Source: Phoronis australis (Eukaryota; Animalia; Phoronida). Taken from it: a stretch of DNA of 64,000 nt. The notes below the pieces were generated by a model, which worked only from the letters and a program-made list of their open reading frames with translations, was not told the origin of the DNA and made no database searches. The DNA is taken from assembly GCA_002633005.1 (NCBI GenBank), contig NMRA01000308.1, positions 417,961-481,960 on the forward strand, given 5' to 3'. A program made the translations under genes and the position numbers. Below are positions 58,413 to 64,000 of this stretch, piece after piece (position 1 is the first letter of the stretch; every line of letters begins with the position of its first letter).

Positions 58413-61400
58413 GGTCAATATTGAAAGGGTGTGTCTGACCAAACAACAATGTCCTGGATCTTTGTTAATTTCTTTGAGGGACATGTACCTTGAGACAAGT
58501 GAGCACTGTTGTGTTGAAGATTTGGATACTCTTGTTGAGTAGACTGCCAGGCAACGTGGCTGCAGAATCCACAATGATAATGAGGCAACACATTGAATCA
58601 AGCAAAGAGGTGGAACTACTAATGACAGAGTAAGGCACATACCGAGTAGTGCACAAAGGAGAGCTAACTAATAGTCAGAGGGGCACTCTAAGGGTTGAGT
58701 AACTGAAGCAGACGTCTAGCTTAGTCAGTACATGTATATACTTGGGCGGGAATTAGTGAACTATGGTAAACACAGTATCAGGACCCTAAAATATTAGTCC
58801 TGTTACACCTGTAATATGATGCAGGTGAATGATGGTGAAAAACGCCTTTGTGTCGATGTCTGCGGAGGCTGTGGGTTACAAAGTCGCAATCTACATTGCA
58901 AAACTACGCTTGACTCAAGTTTTAATTTTCAAAGTTGGTTCAGTAAAAATTTAATGATTGTGTATTGTTAGTTCAGACTTCGACCAATGTAACACATACA
59001 AGTTGAGTGAATGATGAAAAATTCTATATTATTCAAGAAATTCTTCAGTTCAAATAATTGCTTTTAATAAAGAATTTCTGAGTAACAAGGCGAGTCTTTT
59101 CACAGATTGAACTCGACGTTGTTGTCGTTTTTAGTAAAATGTGATAACCATACGGTTCGAATTCACGACAGAAAATGTTCTCATAATAAGCAACCTACCC
59201 TTTCCAAAAATACACCCAAGTGTTTATACGGTTTCATTTGATGTTTTTGAAAGGTCATTTTGGAATGTCCACCCATGAGACTATTTTCTGAAATTCCCAG
59301 TTTGTGTTATGTGAAGTTGTCCTTAGGTTGCAAATGGTGCCTATTAATTACTGTTGAAGTTTTGAACTTTGATCAAAGTTACTTTGGTGCCTCGTTGTTC
59401 AGCATATAATTTTTTATTCGGAGTTTTACCAAACTTAACTCAATAGTTAAAGTACACATGTTATACATGTTAATTAGCATTGGTATTCTGAAATTGAAAG
59501 GGAAAGGCAGAACACAATGTCAGAACAAGAATTCCGGTTCAACCTACACAAACTAAAGAACTAGGGTTTGCCATCTGACATTGGTTGATGACCTTGAAAG
59601 GAATCTTGGATTATCATTAGAAATAGTCCCAGTTCATCTCTAATAGGGCAAATTTCCACATGGCTAATTCCCAAAGGCAGCATCTGCTCTGTATGGTGCA
59701 GTAAGGGTGGTACTTGTGGTTAGCTTTTGGCTCCTGTGGCATGTTCACCTCATCCACCATCAACAAAATGAATACAGCAGACAGGCAGAGGATGTATGTC
59801 ACCCTATGGCAAACTGATGACAATGATATTTATCTGATGTTTCAGCTCAAAATATAAGCATCTCAGTCTGCTGACGAGTGGATGGAAGAGGCCAATGATG
59901 AACATGTCATCTGTCAACAAATAAACTTAGTATCTGAAGATGCAGGTACTTTGACCTCCACTAGTGTGAGACTGTGCTTTAATTGATAATTTTGATTTAT
60001 TGGAAAAAACAAAGTGACAATTTCAAGGAACTTGCATTCACAATTTTGTTACCAAGTAGACTAGGACTTGTCAGCAGTTTTCAATCGATCATTCGGTAAT
60101 TCAGACAACACCACAGGCAAAGATGACAATTAGTTTATTATTCATTCCCCACTGACAGGATTGAAATTCCAAAACACAACAATCTTTGTAGCATAGTTAT
60201 AGTTTCGTTAATCCGACAGGATTAAATTCCCAAAACAGGCTCGATTTGGGAAATGACTGAATCTGCGAAAATAGGATTGAATTCATAAAACACTGTAGGA
60301 TCGACTTTTTGAAATACAATTAAAATTATAAAATACGTCTGAACTTTCAAATAAGGTTGAATTTTTAAATATAATTTAATTAATACAAGCATTTCCCACA
60401 GAGAGACTAATGTAAGCTGTCCCCCCAACGGAGGATGTACCACAATTGGCTGGCGCCAGCAGATGCCCAACCTGCACCTCGGTACAACATATGAAGACAG
60501 TTCAAAGCCTCTTTCTGGAGATATCGCACCAACAACATTTTCTAGAAAAAATTTTTGTGTAAAATGAGAGTGACACACTATATAGGCTGCGTGCCAATTT
60601 TAAACCACTGTGGTCTTTTGTATTGCGCTATGATGGGCGCTAGCCTGAACTGTGGGCGCTTAATTGGAAATTCTCAAAGGTTGAACGCTTAGTAAATCAG
60701 TGAGCACTTATTACAAAACACTTCAAAGGTAGGGAGTAGGCTTGTGCGTGAGCATTGTCATTAACCTGAGTGTTTGCAGTAATAAGATATTAAAAGACTG
60801 CAACGGTAAGAAACGTTATTATAATACGATTTTGCGAGACAAACTCCATCAAGTATAGGGGTGACTTTCTGGATATCGTTACCACCTACACTGTACCCTT
60901 ATTAGCCACCTGGAATAATTTAGTTTTTAATTGCCCCCTTCAGCTGGAACAAGATTGTTTCTATTGGAGTCTGAACATTTTACTGCGACCGTGTTCCAGG
61001 GAGCGAAAACTTGCCAGGGGGTGTATGAAGAGAAGAATAAAAAGTTCGCTGACCACAATTTCACATCTAGTACCCGTTTAGTTGCAATAGCTGGCTACGG
61101 GAATAGAATATAGGGTTTAGGGAACATCCACCTCGGGAAACATCGTCACAGGAAATATCAGTTCTGGTTATATCGGTCCCGGGGAATATCGGGTCTTTTA
61201 TAAGCGCCAGGAATCTATGAGTTCACTTTCAAATAAACCTCTGGCATGTACCCGGATGCTTAACAGAGCCAAGCCGGTATACTCTTTCATTTAGGACTGT
61301 AGCTGTTCTCGTTTGATGTGCAGCTTTGAAGTGGTGTGCACGCATGAGTTCACGCACTGGTATCGCTGGAGTAGGCCTACACTTTACGTTGACAACAACG

Positions 61401-64000
61401 GGTGAAAGTCAAATCATATTTCACACACGTAACCCCAGAAACAAGTAAAGGCATTCGAGAATTTCTTGGTAACTGACGTGGCCGTCGTCTGGCGATTAAT
61501 AGGGTTGTCATTTTCACTTTGGCTGTCATATGCAAAAAAAATGAGACACACATCTCTAAGTCACTATTGTCTGCCGGGACCGCTTGCCACTAACAAAGGG
61601 ACCGATCAGTGCCGCAGTGCCGGCAATATCAGGTGGATATTTGGACATCTTACGCGAAAAATAAACATATTTGTCTACCACAAAGTTTGATAAGTTGATC
61701 GCTTAAGGATTAGTAGAAACACCGTCGTTTTGTGACATTTTATCACGTGTTATGCAGTGGCCCGAAACTTTCCGGCCCGAATCCGGAAATTTGCAAAAGC
61801 GGTCGAAAATATTAGGCAATGAAACGCGTCAAAAATCGATTCTGCATATCCCATGTCCACGCGACTTGCTTACATGTACAAGTCATCAGGAGGGCTGTTC
61901 TCGGTTGGTGTTCTTTTGAACTTGGATTTGGCAACAACCAAATAACGGTCGAATTAACAAGAGTTGCTTTATATTTGCCAGGTATCTGCCGAGAAGGGTC
62001 AAAACTCAGCTCGCATACGTTGGAAATTCCAGGCAGGCCTTTATCCAAGATTTTGAAAATAGGGTGTCCAAAATGGGGTTCCCAATATTCCAGGGCGTCC
62101 ATGATTCCGTCGCGTAACCCCCCACCCCCAGCAATACCCCCACACACAGATTTTTTTACAAAAAATTGCATAGATCAAGGTTTTTACACCTAAGTTTATA
62201 CAACAGCCTTCTTTGGTGAGCATTTTTACTAAAAAAATTTGTAGACCAAGACTTTTACAATGCTGTCAATCAAGTGTCAAAATAGCAACAATGCATATAC
62301 TTTGTATATACCTTGCATATTTCTTCCTGCTTTGAAAAAAGAGCCCCCACTGTGAGCCTTCAGAGGCTTCCCAGTATTTATTACAATGAAACCAAACTTG
62401 CAAGGTTCCTATTGACAGTGGGCCTCCAAATGATACATTGGGTGGCCTTGCCAGGGCTTCCACATTAGTGCTAGGACCTACGCTGCATAAAGGCCTGATT
62501 CCAGGTCGCATTTAGCGACTTGAAACGAGCTGAAAAAATCTCAGCTCGCATTTCCACATTTCAGGTCGCAAATGCGACCTGCGGCTCATTCTTTCAAGCC
62601 CTGCAGCACTGTGATGAACGGACATACATACAGACGGACGGTCGTGAATATACTATTACTATGCCCCCCCCCCGGCATTGACATGTGACAGAAGACAAAA
62701 ACAGAAGTCAGAATATATGTTGGCTTGAATTTTCAAAGCAGAATTGATTTTCATTTTAAGTCACATTGAATTTATAAATAGTATCTAATTTAAAAAGTAA
62801 GATTTTTTTCATTTTTACTTTAAGCTGCTCATAATTTTTCATACTTTTTTAAATGAAAAATGTTTGAAAAAATATTAAATTTCCTTCCTTCTGTTGATAT
62901 AACAAATGGTGCATTAATATTTTAACAACTGAATTAATGCTATTACTTGGCACATTTCGCACTCAAAGTAATTAATGCAATTGATTTCTCCTGGGGTCAG
63001 ATTTTTTTTGCTGCCAGATCAGATGACTGGTTCTGAACCAAATGCCAGGAAATGCATATCAAATGATTTGTGAAAATTTTCTGAGGCCTCAGCTTTTACA
63101 AAACTGTAGAGTCGTTCACTGACTGGAAAGTAAAAGATATTATTTTCAAGTGTTTCTAACTAGTCAGAAACTAAGAATCTTTTCTATAAATTTACCATGG
63201 ACAGTTTCTGACGAAATACTAATTGACATCCTAAATTTTACAAGTTATGACAAGTTAACATTATGATACACCTTGAGCCGAGCTCACAGCCAACTTTAAC
63301 ATGCAAGAGACATTAATTGCAGTCAGTCTGATATAAGTATGCCTCGTGAACCGGTAAACTTACCAGTAAAACAGCAAAAAGCACTTCTTTACCGATTACC
63401 CGCAAGTTTCAGCAATTTTCACGTGAGACATGGAGAAAATATACAGACGATATCCGGTATCTATTTTCTCACAAATTATCTGTTTGACCTATTGAGTCCT
63501 TGTTTTAATGATTCTGATGCATCTGAAGCTAGCTTAAATAAGATTCTTAAATTTTGAAACATCTAAGTATATGTCCTGTAAACTAAAAAATCAACGTTTG
63601 TTCGTTGTACAAAAATTATCCCATTAGGATATGACGTCATTGTTGAGCCTTCCATCTTGAATTTTTCAATCTGCTTTTTGCGCGGCTTGGTTAGCAACGA
63701 AATGAAGTTGAAACGCTTTCTCCTAAGGTACTATCCACCAGGTTCGTAACAGGGTTCTTGAGAGAAAGAAAAGAACGCAATGAAGCGTGTCAACGCTTTT
63801 CGAGGGATGAGACTTGTAACTATAACCAACTAACTATGTGCAGAGACTCTAAGTTGAATCCTGATTTATCCCATTTCGACTCGCACTCACTACTACTAGT
63901 ATACTGGGGAACCCAATGTTCGTCCGCCTAAGCATAAAACCGACTTGCTGTTGTACTCACCGAATTATTCCACTTCAAAGTTATGATCTGAATAGGATTC

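Noticed and set aside
59846-59945. Exon-like segment or C/D snoRNA (ATGATGA...CTGA)
   Set aside because: All three frames contain stops, and the C-D distance (~40 nt) is too short with no terminal stem.

Overview
Eukaryotic (animal, probably marine invertebrate) intron-rich genomic DNA with one 645-nt assembly gap. Two convergent spliced genes can be reconstructed. (1) On the + strand, an FMR1/FXR-family RNA-binding protein gene: 12 phase-compatible coding exons from 11208 to 32014, covering the Agenet/Tudor region, KH1, KH2, RG-rich boxes and a C-terminal VNG motif. Its first two exons were not found and probably lie upstream of the window. (2) On the - strand, a complete SLC16/monocarboxylate-transporter-family gene: 6 coding exons, 56691 to 38780, 537 aa. 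Introns are packed with minisatellites and transposon relics: Tc2/pogo-like TIR elements, Harbinger-type MITEs, a Kolobok-like THAP + P2X7-ballast relic, a HIRAN-domain relic, LINE and Penelope fragments and tRNA-derived SINE heads. The most striking observation is a family of non-autonomous Helentron (HINE/DINE-1-like) elements. Their central tandem array is a ~450-bp trimer of ~150-bp subunits, and each subunit carries a CTCF-consensus-like motif, giving roughly 45 motifs in the window. Every copy lies sense to its host gene. Most ORFs in the supplied track are spurious (minisatellites, gap, antisense frames).
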